Assembly (NCBI GenBank): GCA_029259185.1 | Contig: JAPDJF010000001.1 | Location: forward strand, 1 to 64,000 | Source of the DNA: Hadesarchaea archaeon | GTDB lineage: Archaea; Hadarchaeota; Hadarchaeia; Hadarchaeales; WYZ-LMO6 | DNA: 64,000 nucleotides | Direction of reading: 5' to 3' | Shown: positions 39,562-49,387 of the stretch, in pieces | Position numbering within the stretch: position 1 is the first letter of the stretch | Layout of the letters: every line of letters starts with the position of its first letter | Translations under genes and position numbers: made by a program | Notes under the pieces: generated by a model | The model's database searches: none | Told to the model about the DNA's origin: nothing | What the model saw: the letters and a program-made list of their open reading frames with translations, nothing else

Positions 39562-39619
39562 AGTACAGATGAAAGATTTATTGGTACCCAAGTGAGTAGA
39601 TTTAGCTTGGAGGCAGGCG

Positions 39620-39940
39620 ATGAGGTTCTGCAAGAAATGTGGTGGTCTGATGGTTCCCAAGAAGAGTGGGGGAAAGAACGTATTGCTTTGTGAGATGTGT
39701 GGAGAGACGGAGGAGGCCGATAGCTCCGGCTACACGTTGGTTCGAAAAGTTGAGGAAAAAGCGGAAGTGGTGGTGATTGAGAATGAGCCTTCTACCTTGC
39801 CGACCACACGCGCCAAGTGTACTAAATGTGGGAATGACAAAGCGTATTGGTGGATGAGACAGACGAGGAGTGCGGACGAGCCCTCTACTCGATTCTACAG
39901 GTGTACCAAGTGCGGGAATACATGGAGGGAATACGCATAG
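39620..39940 (+). CDS. tfs: Transcription elongation factor S
   Basis: Two zinc ribbons, QTRSADEP. Confidence 0.95.
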   Translation: MRFCKKCGGLMVPKKSGGKNVLLCEMCGETEEADSSGYTLVRKVEEKAEVVVIENEPSTLPTTRAKCTKCGNDKAYWWMRQTRSADEPSTRFYRCTKCGNTWREYA

Positions 39941-40315
39941 GTGGTTCAGGTGGATGAGTTTCAGCCCCGAAGGAAAGTGGCCAAACCGAGACGAATTTCG
40001 GAAATAAGGGTGGGGGAGGAGTTCGTGAGGGTCACCGGGTGTGTCGCCTACAAGAAGAACAGCGAGATAGTCCTAGATGACGGATCCGGGATGCTCACGG
40101 TTTTTTCAGACGATTCTGGGATGTTCCGCGATGTCGATATAGGCTCGAAGATAAGGGTTTTCGGCACGCCGTTAATAACGGAGGGTGGGCAAGAGCTTAA
40201 GGCGGAGATAGTTCAAAAGGTGGACGGGCTGGATCTCCAGCTCCTCGAAAAAGTTATGGAGGAAGTAAAAAAATTCGAGTCAGAAGTGAAGGGGGAAGAG
40301 AGTGTTCAGAGCTAG
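39941..40315 (+). CDS. Single OB-fold protein (RPA small subunit-like)
   Basis: RRISEI, VRVTG, LDDGSG, IRVFG, DLQL. Confidence 0.7.
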   Translation: MVQVDEFQPRRKVAKPRRISEIRVGEEFVRVTGCVAYKKNSEIVLDDGSGMLTVFSDDSGMFRDVDIGSKIRVFGTPLITEGGQELKAEIVQKVDGLDLQLLEKVMEEVKKFESEVKGEESVQS

Positions 40316-41057
40316 AATGTCGGATACGAGGGTTTGGAAAACTTGCGTCGGAGCGATAGTGAATCTGATCGAGGAAGCGGCTTTTAAATTCACGGGGGAA
40401 GGGGTCAGGATGAGAGCTATGGACCCCTCCCATGTCGCTTTGGTGGATTTCGACCTTCCCGCAAAGGCATTCGATGAGTACGAGGTTTCAAAGCCTGTGG
40501 TTCTGGGTATCGTGCTGGTCGAACTTAACAAGATAATGTCTAGGGCGAAGAGTGAGGATTCCCTGATATTGGAATTTGAGGAGGAGAAAAACCGTCTATC
40601 ACTCGTCTTCAAAGGTAGATCCAGCAGGAGATTCAATCTTCCTCTCGTCGACATAAAAGAGAGCGAGCTTCCCGAGCCCAAACTCCAGTTCGGTGCCACC
40701 GTCCGGGTTCTAGGCGAGATAATTCAGGATGGACTCCGCGATGCCGAGGTGGTTGGGGATACCGTACGCTTCGAGGCTAACGAATCTGGATTCTTCATGT
40801 ACTCGGAGGGGGACGGAAGATCGGTTGAACTCAAACTCGAAAAGGGTAGTGAAGCACTGGCGAAGTTGGAGGTGCGACAACCATCGAGAGCGATGTTCAA
40901 CGTGAAGTATCTTTCTGACATGCTTAAAGCCGCAGACATGAAGGATTTCATAACGATAAATCTGGGAACGGATCTCCCAATAAAACTCGATTTCCCAATA
41001 GCGGGTGGGGAAGGGAGGCTCAGCTTCATCCTAGCTCCACGGATCGAGTCAGAGTGA
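40302..41057 (+). CDS. pcn: PCNA sliding clamp
   Basis: AMDPSHVALV, P.KLDF, FILAPRIE. Confidence 0.96.
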   Translation: MFRARMSDTRVWKTCVGAIVNLIEEAAFKFTGEGVRMRAMDPSHVALVDFDLPAKAFDEYEVSKPVVLGIVLVELNKIMSRAKSEDSLILEFEEEKNRLSLVFKGRSSRRFNLPLVDIKESELPEPKLQFGATVRVLGEIIQDGLRDAEVVGDTVRFEANESGFFMYSEGDGRSVELKLEKGSEALAKLEVRQPSRAMFNVKYLSDMLKAADMKDFITINLGTDLPIKLDFPIAGGEGRLSFILAPRIESE

Positions 41058-42322
41058 CCCGAGAGCCATATATGTTTCCCCTTCCAGAGTATCCAGCTGT
41101 TTTAGATCTCTTTTCCCAAGAAGCAAAGGAGATCGTCCGAACCTCTCCACCGCTCGGCTCCTTGCCCCAAGAGGTAAGCGAGAGAGCCGTGAAGAGGGTG
41201 ATGTGGAAAACGGGTGGGGAGATGATGGTGGGGTTCAAATCCTCCGAAGTCAGAATGGATGTGCTCTCTTTCTATCTGATGTGTCAAGGAGTAGCGGCAG
41301 TCTCGTATCCCTATTCTAGAGAGGTCAGGCTGGTGAGTGAAAAGACTGCGGAGACGATCCGATATAGGATGTATTATCTGTTTTCCCACGGTTATGGGGA
41401 GCAGTGCTTGGGGGTTGTTCGGAGGTACTTCAGGATTTCAAGACTTGAAAATCGCAGGGTTGCGGGTGAGGAAATCCCAAAGGAGGATCTCTTCAAACTG
41501 AGAAACGCGTGTTTGGCTCGTGCAGGTATCCAAGTTCCATCGGATCGGATCCCCCCCCAGTACGTGCCCGAGTACACCTTACCTTGGGTCGACCTCGCCC
41601 CCTTGCTGAGGCAGGGGCGGATACAGCTTACAGATCTTTATGTGGTGAGAGGGAGCGTTGTAATAACTCCCTACGAGCTTTGGGACATGTTCGCGTGGAT
41701 GATGAGTATGAAGTGCGAAGAGTACATAGCTGCTCTCTATGAACGCTTCACGGAGACGGGTCCTCCTCCCGAAGTGATCGGTAAAGTAGGTGAGCGCATA
41801 TCCTCCCTCTTCCCCCCCGAACTTGAGGTAGTGGAGAGAGGGGGCAGGTTTCCGAGGGGGAAGCTCCGTCCGGAGTTCTTCCCCCCATGTGTCAAACGTG
41901 CACTTGCTGGGGTGGGTTCTGGGGCTAGGAATTACGCGATAACGGTTCTTTTGACTTCTTTTCTTTCCTACGCCCGTATTTCTCCCTCCGGAAAAGCTGC
42001 GATGAGGATAAAGGACTTTGTGGATAACCTCTCCGTGTTACAGGAGGAGGTCATCCCTCTCATATTCGAAGCCGCTGAGCGATGCAATCCCCCCCTTTTC
42101 AGGGATCAGCCCCAAGAACGCGCCAATGTGTATTACCATCTCGGGTTTGGAATGACCACCGAACCAAGACTTGAGGATTCGGGGAGGAGTCGCTGGTATA
42201 AAACCCCCAATTGCCGGAAAATAGCTTCTTCTGCACCACTCCTCTGCACCCCTGATGAGACATGTAAGGAAGTGAAGAACCCTCTCACCTATTACTATAA
42301 GCGTTTAGCGAGAAAGAGTTGA
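41054..42322 (+). CDS. priL: DNA primase large subunit
   Basis: FPPCV, G.RN, PNCRKI..C..C..KNPL.YY Fe-S cysteines. Confidence 0.9.
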   Translation: MTREPYMFPLPEYPAVLDLFSQEAKEIVRTSPPLGSLPQEVSERAVKRVMWKTGGEMMVGFKSSEVRMDVLSFYLMCQGVAAVSYPYSREVRLVSEKTAETIRYRMYYLFSHGYGEQCLGVVRRYFRISRLENRRVAGEEIPKEDLFKLRNACLARAGIQVPSDRIPPQYVPEYTLPWVDLAPLLRQGRIQLTDLYVVRGSVVITPYELWDMFAWMMSMKCEEYIAALYERFTETGPPPEVIGKVGERISSLFPPELEVVERGGRFPRGKLRPEFFPPCVKRALAGVGSGARNYAITVLLTSFLSYARISPSGKAAMRIKDFVDNLSVLQEEVIPLIFEAAERCNPPLFRDQPQERANVYYHLGFGMTTEPRLEDSGRSRWYKTPNCRKIASSAPLLCTPDETCKEVKNPLTYYYKRLARKS

Positions 42323-42329
42323 AAAATGG

Positions 42330-43274
42330 ATGTTGGAGCTACGGAAAGCAACACCGGAGGAAAGGAAAATATTCTATGCGGAGGAGTGGGACAAGCGTGA
42401 GATCCCTGATTTTATCCTTCACACCCTTTCCCTCCGGGAGTTCGGCTTCGACCCGGATGGTAGCGGGCCCAATCAGAGATACAAGCAGTTCACCACTCCC
42501 GAACAGCTCGCGGATTATCTGAGGAGGACGGCTCCCTATTCGGTCTTCTCGAGTGTTGCCCTCTACGAAGATCCCTCCCAACGGAGGGGTTGGCTGAAAG
42601 CTGAACTCGCTTTCGACATAGATGCGAAGGATCTGCCGATAAAGCCATGCTCTTGTACGGGGGGAAAGGTATGTGAACGATGTTTGGACGAGGCTAAGAG
42701 GGTGCTGATGCTCATCTCCGATGTGTTGTCTTCCAACCTGGGCTTGCGCGATCAGCATTTCTCTTACTCCGGGAGGGGATTCCACCTGCGTGTTCTCGAC
42801 GAGCCAGTCATGCGCATGGAACAAAACGAGAGAACCCAGTTGGTCGCCTATGTTACCGGGGGAGTGATACCGAGCGATATAACCCTAGCGTTGGGGTACT
42901 CGAAAGTTTTCAGGGAGTTCGCCGCGCGGACTTTTGAGCGTTTGGATAGGGAGAAACTCGGGGAGGTTCTTACCCAAAGGGCAGTGAGGAAGTTGATCGA
43001 AAAGAAGGACGAGGTCTTGGGGGCCATACGCAATGGGAGGATCGAGGAGATAAAAAACCTAGGGGGAAGGAAAAGCGTGGAGCAATTGCTTGGATTCTTA
43101 GCTAGACTCAACTCCGAGTTCGTGGACGGAAAGGTTACGGTAGACGTTAAACGAATCCTCCGTCTTCCTTCGAGTCTTCATTCGGGGGTGAGCATGAAGT
43201 GCATCTCTATCCGGAACATAGAGAAGTTTTCTCTGGATGAGGCGGTCCCCAAGTTCGTGTCCGAGAGGCGATGA
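42330..43274 (+). CDS. priS: DNA primase catalytic subunit
   Basis: REFGFD, ELAFDIDAKD, YSGRGFH, D..VT.D.KRILRLPSSLH. Confidence 0.95.
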   Translation: MLELRKATPEERKIFYAEEWDKREIPDFILHTLSLREFGFDPDGSGPNQRYKQFTTPEQLADYLRRTAPYSVFSSVALYEDPSQRRGWLKAELAFDIDAKDLPIKPCSCTGGKVCERCLDEAKRVLMLISDVLSSNLGLRDQHFSYSGRGFHLRVLDEPVMRMEQNERTQLVAYVTGGVIPSDITLALGYSKVFREFAARTFERLDREKLGEVLTQRAVRKLIEKKDEVLGAIRNGRIEEIKNLGGRKSVEQLLGFLARLNSEFVDGKVTVDVKRILRLPSSLHSGVSMKCISIRNIEKFSLDEAVPKFVSERR

Positions 43275-43828
43275 GGGTGGATGACTTTTCGTTTCAGGAT
43301 CTCGAGCGGGTTTGGATATCGGAGAGGACTTCAAGCAAGCTCTCAGAGCTTCCTAAGGAGTTTTATGCACGAGTGGCCGGTTGCATCTCCCAGTTGATCA
43401 AAGAGTTGGATCTGAGCGAGGGATTGCGGAGGGAACTCCTCCAAGAAGAGCTGATTGAAATCACGAAGATGGTTAGCGAGATTTACTCAGTCCGTATGCT
43501 CAAGGCGATGGGTGAGATGTTGAGGGGAAGGGAGGTATTCTCCCTAGATGAACGTGAGCTCGCGGCTTTCAAGGAGATGAAAAAAATTCTTGAGAAGGCG
43601 CACGAGCTCATGGAGTGGCCAGGCGAGGTGGATCTCTCCCCTCCCCAGCTGGCGAACGAATTGTTGCTGTTGCGTGGGGAAGTCCCTCGTATAGTGGGCG
43701 AGGACCTGAAGTATTACGGGCCCTTCAGTCCAGGGGATATCGTTAGTCTACCGAGATCCACGGCGGAACTCCTGGTAAAACACAGACTTGCCGAGAAAAT
43801 CCGAGCCAAATGGTATTTTTTTGGGTAG
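43271..43828 (+). CDS. GINS subunit Gins51/Gins15-like
   Basis: ER....L.ELP.EFY, C-terminal B domain IVGEDLKYYGPFSPGDIVSLP; follows priS. Confidence 0.82.
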   Translation: MRVDDFSFQDLERVWISERTSSKLSELPKEFYARVAGCISQLIKELDLSEGLRRELLQEELIEITKMVSEIYSVRMLKAMGEMLRGREVFSLDERELAAFKEMKKILEKAHELMEWPGEVDLSPPQLANELLLLRGEVPRIVGEDLKYYGPFSPGDIVSLPRSTAELLVKHRLAEKIRAKWYFFG

Positions 43829-43844
43829 AATGATAAGTAGTGAG

Positions 43845-44123
43845 ATGAAAATCCCAAAAAAGATTCGAACCTATTGCCCGTCGTGCAGGAAACACACTGA
43901 GCACACAATGACCCAGCTCAAAAAGAGATCCCCGAGGTCGCTGAGCTGGGGGCAGAGACAGTTTGCTCGCGTGATGAAGGGATACGGTGGACAACCCAGA
44001 TCGGAGCAGAAGAGGTTTGCCAAGACAACAAAAAAGGTGGCCTTGGTGTTAAGGTGTAGCATATGTGGCAAGTCTCATCCGAAGGTCGGGTTCAGGGCCA
44101 AAAAAGTGGAAATGGTGGGGTGA
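43845..44123 (+). CDS. rpl44e: 50S ribosomal protein L44e
   Basis: MKIPKKIRTYCPSCRKHTEH, GYGG, KTTKK. Confidence 0.96.
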   Translation: MKIPKKIRTYCPSCRKHTEHTMTQLKKRSPRSLSWGQRQFARVMKGYGGQPRSEQKRFAKTTKKVALVLRCSICGKSHPKVGFRAKKVEMVG

Positions 44124-44124
44124 C

Positions 44125-44310
44125 GTGCCCGGCAGGTTCTTGAGGATAGCTTGTGATGGATGTGGTAACGAGCAGGTGGTCTACAGCCATTCCTCCACCT
44201 CAGTTAGGTGCTCGGTGTGTGGTAGGACTCTAGTGAAACCACGGGGCGGTAAGGCGGAGATATTCGGCACCATCAAGGAGGGTGATAGAAGTGGTGAGGT
44301 ACAGGAGTGA
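44125..44310 (+). CDS. rps27e: 30S ribosomal protein S27e
   Basis: FLRIACDGCGNEQVVY..V.C..CG..LVKP.GGKA. Confidence 0.93.
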   Translation: MPGRFLRIACDGCGNEQVVYSHSSTSVRCSVCGRTLVKPRGGKAEIFGTIKEGDRSGEVQE

Positions 44311-45097
44311 ATTCCCTTCTCCAGATGAGCTCGTGGTCTGTACGGTCTCAAAGGTTTTCTCTCAGGGTGCTTTCGTCAAGCTGGATGAATACGGTGGGAA
44401 AGAAGGGTTAATTCACATTTCTGAGGTGGCCTCTGGCTGGATAAAGAATATCCGGGAACACATAAGGGAAGGTCAAAAGGTTGTGTGCAAAGTTTTGGCC
44501 GTGGATGAACAGAAAGGTCATGTCGATTTGTCCCTCCGGAGGGTCAAAGAGAACGAGAAGCGTTGGAAAAGGGAGCAGTGGAGGAGGGAGCAAAGAGCGG
44601 AAAAACTACTTGAGCTAGCCGCTCGGAAGCTCAAGAAAACGTTGGACGAAGCATACGAGGAGGTGGGGTTCGCGATCCAAGATAAATTCGGGGATTTGTA
44701 TTCGGGGTTGGAAGCACTCGCGAGGGAGGGGAAGAAAGTGTTCGATGGGTTGAATGTATCCAAACGTTGGGTTAACGCGCTAGCCCACGTTTCTTCTTCG
44801 TTGGCCGAGTTGCCGACTTTCAAAATATACGGATATTTGGAGCTTTACTCTCCAGCTCCGGACGGGGTGGAGAAGTTGAGATCCGCGATGATGAGGGCAC
44901 GCGACTCAGTCTCGGATGGAGACGTAAAAGTCGAGATCTCCTATATGGGTTCCCCCAGGTATAGGGTGGAGGTGGCTGCTCCTTCCTACAAGGAGGCTGA
45001 GGCCGCAATGCAAAAGGTAGCGGAGTTGGTTATAAATTCATTGGAAGCTGATGGGGGAAGAGGGGAATTTCACGCTGAGAGGAAGGCGGGGAAGTGA
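44282..45097 (+). CDS. eif2a: Translation initiation factor aIF-2 alpha
   Basis: S1 domain LDEYGG.EGLIHISEVASGWIKNIR, IDLS-like VDLSLRRV, SPRY. Confidence 0.95.
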   Translation: MIEVVRYRSEFPSPDELVVCTVSKVFSQGAFVKLDEYGGKEGLIHISEVASGWIKNIREHIREGQKVVCKVLAVDEQKGHVDLSLRRVKENEKRWKREQWRREQRAEKLLELAARKLKKTLDEAYEEVGFAIQDKFGDLYSGLEALAREGKKVFDGLNVSKRWVNALAHVSSSLAELPTFKIYGYLELYSPAPDGVEKLRSAMMRARDSVSDGDVKVEISYMGSPRYRVEVAAPSYKEAEAAMQKVAELVINSLEADGGRGEFHAERKAGK

Positions 45098-45255
45098 AGC
45101 TCAGAAGATGCAAGCGTTGCGGAAGCTACACGCTGAAAGAGGCGTGTCCAAAATGCGGAGGGTCCACGACCTCACCCCACCCCCCAAGGTTCTCTCCTCT
45201 CGACCCATACGGAAGGTACAGAAGGAGATTGAAGAAGGAGGTGGAAGGAAAGTGA
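45094..45255 (+). CDS. nop10: H/ACA RNP protein Nop10
   Basis: Manual translation MKLRRCKRCGSYTLKEACPKCGG..PHPPRFSPLDPYGRYRR. Confidence 0.95.
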   Translation: MKLRRCKRCGSYTLKEACPKCGGSTTSPHPPRFSPLDPYGRYRRRLKKEVEGK

Positions 45256-46013
45256 AGACGGAGATAAGATTTACTTCCGTTCCCAAGGTGAGGGGGCCTA
45301 TAATGATCGAGGGATTGCCTGGAGTGGGCCACGTGGGAAAACTGGCAACCGAACATCTAATCGAGGAGTTCGGTGCTCAGAAGTTCGCAGATCTCTACTC
45401 CCCCCACTTTCCCCATCACGTTATTGTGGAAAAAGACGGATCGGTAAGGTTGCCGCGGAACTCGTTTTATCTAGCCAAGGTTGGCGGAAAGGATCTCATC
45501 ATAGTGGCGGGGGATGCGCAAGCGGTTTCATCTGAGGGGTATTATGAAATAGCGAATAAGATCCTTGACTTGGCAGAGAGGTTTGGCGTGAAAAGACTTT
45601 TCGCTCTTGGGGGTTACGCTACCGGAAGGTACACGAGTGGGAAACCTAGAGTGGTGGTTTCAGCCACAGACCCTTCGCTGTTGAAAGAATGTGGGGATTT
45701 GGGAATAACCGGTGGGGAGGAGACAGGATCGATTGTGGGTACCACAGGACTTCTTCTCGGTTTAGGAAAAGTGCGGGGGATAGAGGGGATATGTCTGCTT
45801 GGTGAGACCCACGGGGCCCTTATAGATCACCGCTCTACTCAGTCGGTGCTGGAGGTGCTAGGCACTATCTTAGGTATAAAAATTAACACCGTCGTGCTCG
45901 AGGAGAGGGCGAGGGAGGTGGAGCGAATGCTTGCCAAGTTCAAAAGGGAGTTTGAGCGTAGAGAAGCGATAGAAAGACAGAAGGCGAAGGAGGAGCTCTG
46001 GTACATAGGGTGA
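45252..46013 (+). CDS. PAC2 family protein (second paralog)
   Basis: IEGLPGVGHVGKL, LYSPHFP, LGGY, LLGET, YIG terminus; conserved position after nop10. Confidence 0.9.
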   Translation: MKTEIRFTSVPKVRGPIMIEGLPGVGHVGKLATEHLIEEFGAQKFADLYSPHFPHHVIVEKDGSVRLPRNSFYLAKVGGKDLIIVAGDAQAVSSEGYYEIANKILDLAERFGVKRLFALGGYATGRYTSGKPRVVVSATDPSLLKECGDLGITGGEETGSIVGTTGLLLGLGKVRGIEGICLLGETHGALIDHRSTQSVLEVLGTILGIKINTVVLEERAREVERMLAKFKREFERREAIERQKAKEELWYIG

Positions 46014-46017
46014 TGGA

Positions 46018-46551
46018 ATGCCGGCACTCACCCGGCTGACCATAGCTTTAGATAAAGAGACAGAGGAGATCTTGAGGAAGCTCACCAACGAGAGTGGAAT
46101 GTCCTATAGTGCATTGATCAGGACCACCCTGAAATTCTTCTCTCAGTATGGGGATCTGATGAAAGATCCGGAAAAAGTCAGGCTTTGGTTGAACCTCCTT
46201 ACGAGCGGAGAACACCTGATACTTGACATAGACCACTGGGCACTATTTCTGAAATACATAGAGGAGTGTGGTAAAAAAGAAGAGTTCTATGAGGAATGCA
46301 AGAATGTAGCGAAATCTCATGCGGAGCAGCTCTTGAGGGTTACATCCACTCCAGCGGATTACCTCAAGAGGATTGAGGCTTGTAATTTTTATAGGCTTAG
46401 CAAGGAATCGGATAGCGAGTTCACTTTGGTTCTTAACTCGGAGGCTAGCAAGAGATTCATTAGAGAACTTCTATCAGAGACGATGGAGGGAATGGGATAC
46501 AAAATTGAGATCAAAGAAGACCTGATGAAGCTGAGGGTCAAGATTCTTTGA
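46018..46551 (+). CDS. Ribbon-helix-helix (CopG-like) regulator with C-terminal ligand domain
   Basis: RLTIALD..L..L....SYSALIR; GEH.ILD.DHW. Confidence 0.75.
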   Translation: MPALTRLTIALDKETEEILRKLTNESGMSYSALIRTTLKFFSQYGDLMKDPEKVRLWLNLLTSGEHLILDIDHWALFLKYIEECGKKEEFYEECKNVAKSHAEQLLRVTSTPADYLKRIEACNFYRLSKESDSEFTLVLNSEASKRFIRELLSETMEGMGYKIEIKEDLMKLRVKIL

Positions 46552-46678
46552 AGTGTCTAGAATCCTATTCGGTGGATGCGGGCATAGCCGGATGCGAGCA
46601 TCACCAACTCCATGGGGACGAGTTCCGAAAACAACACCTTTTGCAAGGCACCGATCCCCACTGGTGATGGGGTAGTGA

Positions 46679-47563
46679 TTAGCCTGGGTCTTGGCTGTAC
46701 ACCCTCAGGGAAGTGTGAGTTTCGTCCCACACGGTGATCTCCTTAAATTCGTCTCCCTCAACAGGTTTTTTTCTGTAGAGCGAGGGGTCTGGGATATCCG
46801 CACTTTTAAACGCTAGGTACCGCCTCCTGCAGTTACTGCAGATCCCACAGTGGACTGGGAGTTTTTCCTCCCCGTGGATTACCCAGATATCGCCCGAGTA
46901 ACAGCTGTAAGTGTATCTCCAATCAACACCCAAGATCTTGCCGATCTTTATACATGAGTCTTTATCCAAGTTGATGAAAGGTGCGTACACACGATATCCA
47001 CCGAAGTGGGTGGAAACTTCGGCGACCCGATTCATTTCCTCGATGAACTCGGGAGTGTTGTCCTTCATCGCTACCGGGGTTTCCCTCCTTATCCCGATGT
47101 AGATATCCCATATTTCCCTGGTGCCTTTGGTGATGTAGCTTTTGAGATCGAAAGACTCGGCGTGTGCCAATCCTATCGTGATCAACTGTAGGTTCCGAAC
47201 GACATCCCACCATCTGAGGATCCTATCGCTGGCCTTTTGGGGATCCCACAGGGCGTCCACAGGTGTCTCGGGTATTGGCTCATCACTAACGAGTTTACTC
47301 GTTGATAGTTCTCCAAGCCATCTCACGTCAATCTCTTTGAATGGAACCTTAAGAACCTCAGCGGTTTTTGCTGCACACCATCTTTCGTATTGGACCATTC
47401 TCTGTCCGTAGTTAGCGTGGATTATCAGCATCTTTGGAGGATTAACCACCTTTTTCACATAGTAGGTCATTGGAACACTGTCGGCACCCCCACTAACGAG
47501 GCAAACGGCATTTCGCTTTCCGATAACTTCCACCTCCGCGCTTTTCCCAAGTATCATTTTCAC
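46679..47563 (-). CDS. QueC-like PP-loop ATPase (7-cyano-7-deazaguanine synthase family)
   Basis: SGGADS, YGQR, RN, TYSCY..HCGICSNCRRR. Confidence 0.8.
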   Translation of the reverse strand: MKMILGKSAEVEVIGKRNAVCLVSGGADSVPMTYYVKKVVNPPKMLIIHANYGQRMVQYERWCAAKTAEVLKVPFKEIDVRWLGELSTSKLVSDEPIPETPVDALWDPQKASDRILRWWDVVRNLQLITIGLAHAESFDLKSYITKGTREIWDIYIGIRRETPVAMKDNTPEFIEEMNRVAEVSTHFGGYRVYAPFINLDKDSCIKIGKILGVDWRYTYSCYSGDIWVIHGEEKLPVHCGICSNCRRRYLAFKSADIPDPSLYRKKPVEGDEFKEITVWDETHTSLRVYSQDPG

Positions 47564-47610
47564 CCATCAAATAATAGAGCACGCTTTATTAACTTCGACT
47601 TCGGGAGTGA

Positions 47611-49338
47611 TTAGAAGCTCCTGTATCGATTGGTGATGGGCATCTTACGATCTTTCCCCAGTGCCCGAGGAGTGATCTTTACGCCTGGGGGCGCTTGCCT
47701 GCGCTTGTATTCGTTCCTGTCGACCATGGTTACAACTTTTCTCACGGTTTTTTCATCGAACCCAAGATTCAAGATTCCCTCGTATGGGACATCATCTTCC
47801 ACGTAAGATTTCAGGATAGGATCGAGAACCTCATACGGGGGAAGGGTGTCTTGATCTTTCTGGTTCGGTCTCAGTTCGGCACTCGGAGGTTTTTCTAACA
47901 CCCTTTGCGGTATAACAGGGGATAAGGAATTTCTGTACAGTGCTAGTCTGTAAACCCTCGTCTTGAACACATCCTTTAGAACTGCGAAGCCACCCGCCAT
48001 GTCTCCGTAGAGGGTGGCATAACCCACACTCATCTCACTTTTGTTTCCAGTAGTCAAGACGAGGGAGCCGAACTTATTCGAAAGCGCCATGAGTATGTTG
48101 CCCCTTATCCTCGCTTGGATGTTCTCCTCCGTTACATCCGGTTTTTCCTGTTTGAAAACCTCTGAGAGACTCCGGAGGTATGCATCAAAAATGCCCTCTA
48201 TAGAAATTGTGATAGTCTTTATCCCTAGATTCTCTGAAAGTTCCAGCGCATCTTCCACGGACTCCCTCGAGGTGTAGCGGGAGGGCATGAGAACACCTGT
48301 GACGTTTTCTCTTCCAAGAGCATCCACAGCGATGGCGGCAGTTAGAGATGAGTCAATACCTCCGCTCAATCCGATGAGCACCCCTTTGAAGCCATTTTTT
48401 CTCACATAGTCTCTCGTCCCAACAACGAGTGCTTTGTATACCTCTTCGTCCTCCTGGAGCGGGCTCGTGAGGCTCGTTTTTATCCGAGGCTTGCTCCTTC
48501 GTGCAACTTTCTTTAGCTTTATGGTAACGACCTCTTGATCCCCCTTAAATTTCAGGATTTCTTTCCGCCTCCGAGGGTCGTGAAGCCTCGTCCTGAACAC
48601 GGACTCGGGATTAACGTCGACCACGAGGAGCTCTTCTTCGAAAGCCTTCGCCCTAGCAGTGATTTCACCGCATTCGTTCACCACGAAGCTCTGACCATCG
48701 AAAACGAGCTCATCTTGTCCCCCCACCATGTTCACATAAGCTATGATGAGTTCGTTGTCGAACGCCCTTGTGGAGATCATCTTCTCCTTCAGGTTCCTCT
48801 TTCCTGCGTGGTAAGGGGATGCATTGAGGTTGATGGCTATCTGTGCCCCGGCCAGGGACTGAACGTGCACCGGTCCTTTCGGGTACCAAATATCTTCGCA
48901 TATGCTTACTCCTATCCTCACCCCGTCCAGTTCAAAAATAACATTCTTGTCTCCAGCTTGGAAGTAACGATCCTCGTCAAATACACCATAGTTGGGGAGG
49001 AACATCTTGTGGTATATCCCAGCGAGTTCACCATCATGGATTAGAGCGGCAGCGTTATAGATGTCATCACTTTTGTCCACGAAACCGACGAGTGCGGTTA
49101 TCCCGACGCACTTTTCCTCGATCTTTTCCAGAGTTTTGATGTTATCCTTTATGAACTGAGGCTTGAGCAGTAGGTCCTCGGGAGGATATCCGGTCAAACA
49201 CAGCTCCGGGAATGCTATCAGGTCAACTCCGAGCCTCTTGCCTTCTTCTACTCGCTTTAAGATTTTTTTTCTGTTTCCTTCTAGATCCCCAACCACTGGG
49301 TTTATCTGAGCCAGTCCGATCCTCATTTTATCGACCAC
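47611..49338 (-). CDS. nadE: Glutamine-dependent NAD+ synthetase
   Basis: Nitrilase domain FPEL, K..LPNY.VFDE, ICEDIW; [20 protein letters not shown]. Confidence 0.95.
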   Translation of the reverse strand: MVDKMRIGLAQINPVVGDLEGNRKKILKRVEEGKRLGVDLIAFPELCLTGYPPEDLLLKPQFIKDNIKTLEKIEEKCVGITALVGFVDKSDDIYNAAALIHDGELAGIYHKMFLPNYGVFDEDRYFQAGDKNVIFELDGVRIGVSICEDIWYPKGPVHVQSLAGAQIAINLNASPYHAGKRNLKEKMISTRAFDNELIIAYVNMVGGQDELVFDGQSFVVNECGEITARAKAFEEELLVVDVNPESVFRTRLHDPRRRKEILKFKGDQEVVTIKLKKVARRSKPRIKTSLTSPLQEDEEVYKALVVGTRDYVRKNGFKGVLIGLSGGIDSSLTAAIAVDALGRENVTGVLMPSRYTSRESVEDALELSENLGIKTITISIEGIFDAYLRSLSEVFKQEKPDVTEENIQARIRGNILMALSNKFGSLVLTTGNKSEMSVGYATLYGDMAGGFAVLKDVFKTRVYRLALYRNSLSPVIPQRVLEKPPSAELRPNQKDQDTLPPYEVLDPILKSYVEDDVPYEGILNLGFDEKTVRKVVTMVDRNEYKRRQAPPGVKITPRALGKDRKMPITNRYRSF

Positions 49339-49387
49339 AGCTTCACATAGTCTTCCACTCGTTCAAAATAAGTCTTTCAGAGACCTC

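Noticed and set aside
45051-45251. N-terminal extension of the PAC2 ORF in the ORF track
   Set aside because: The region is occupied by nop10 in another frame; PAC2 starts at GTG 45252
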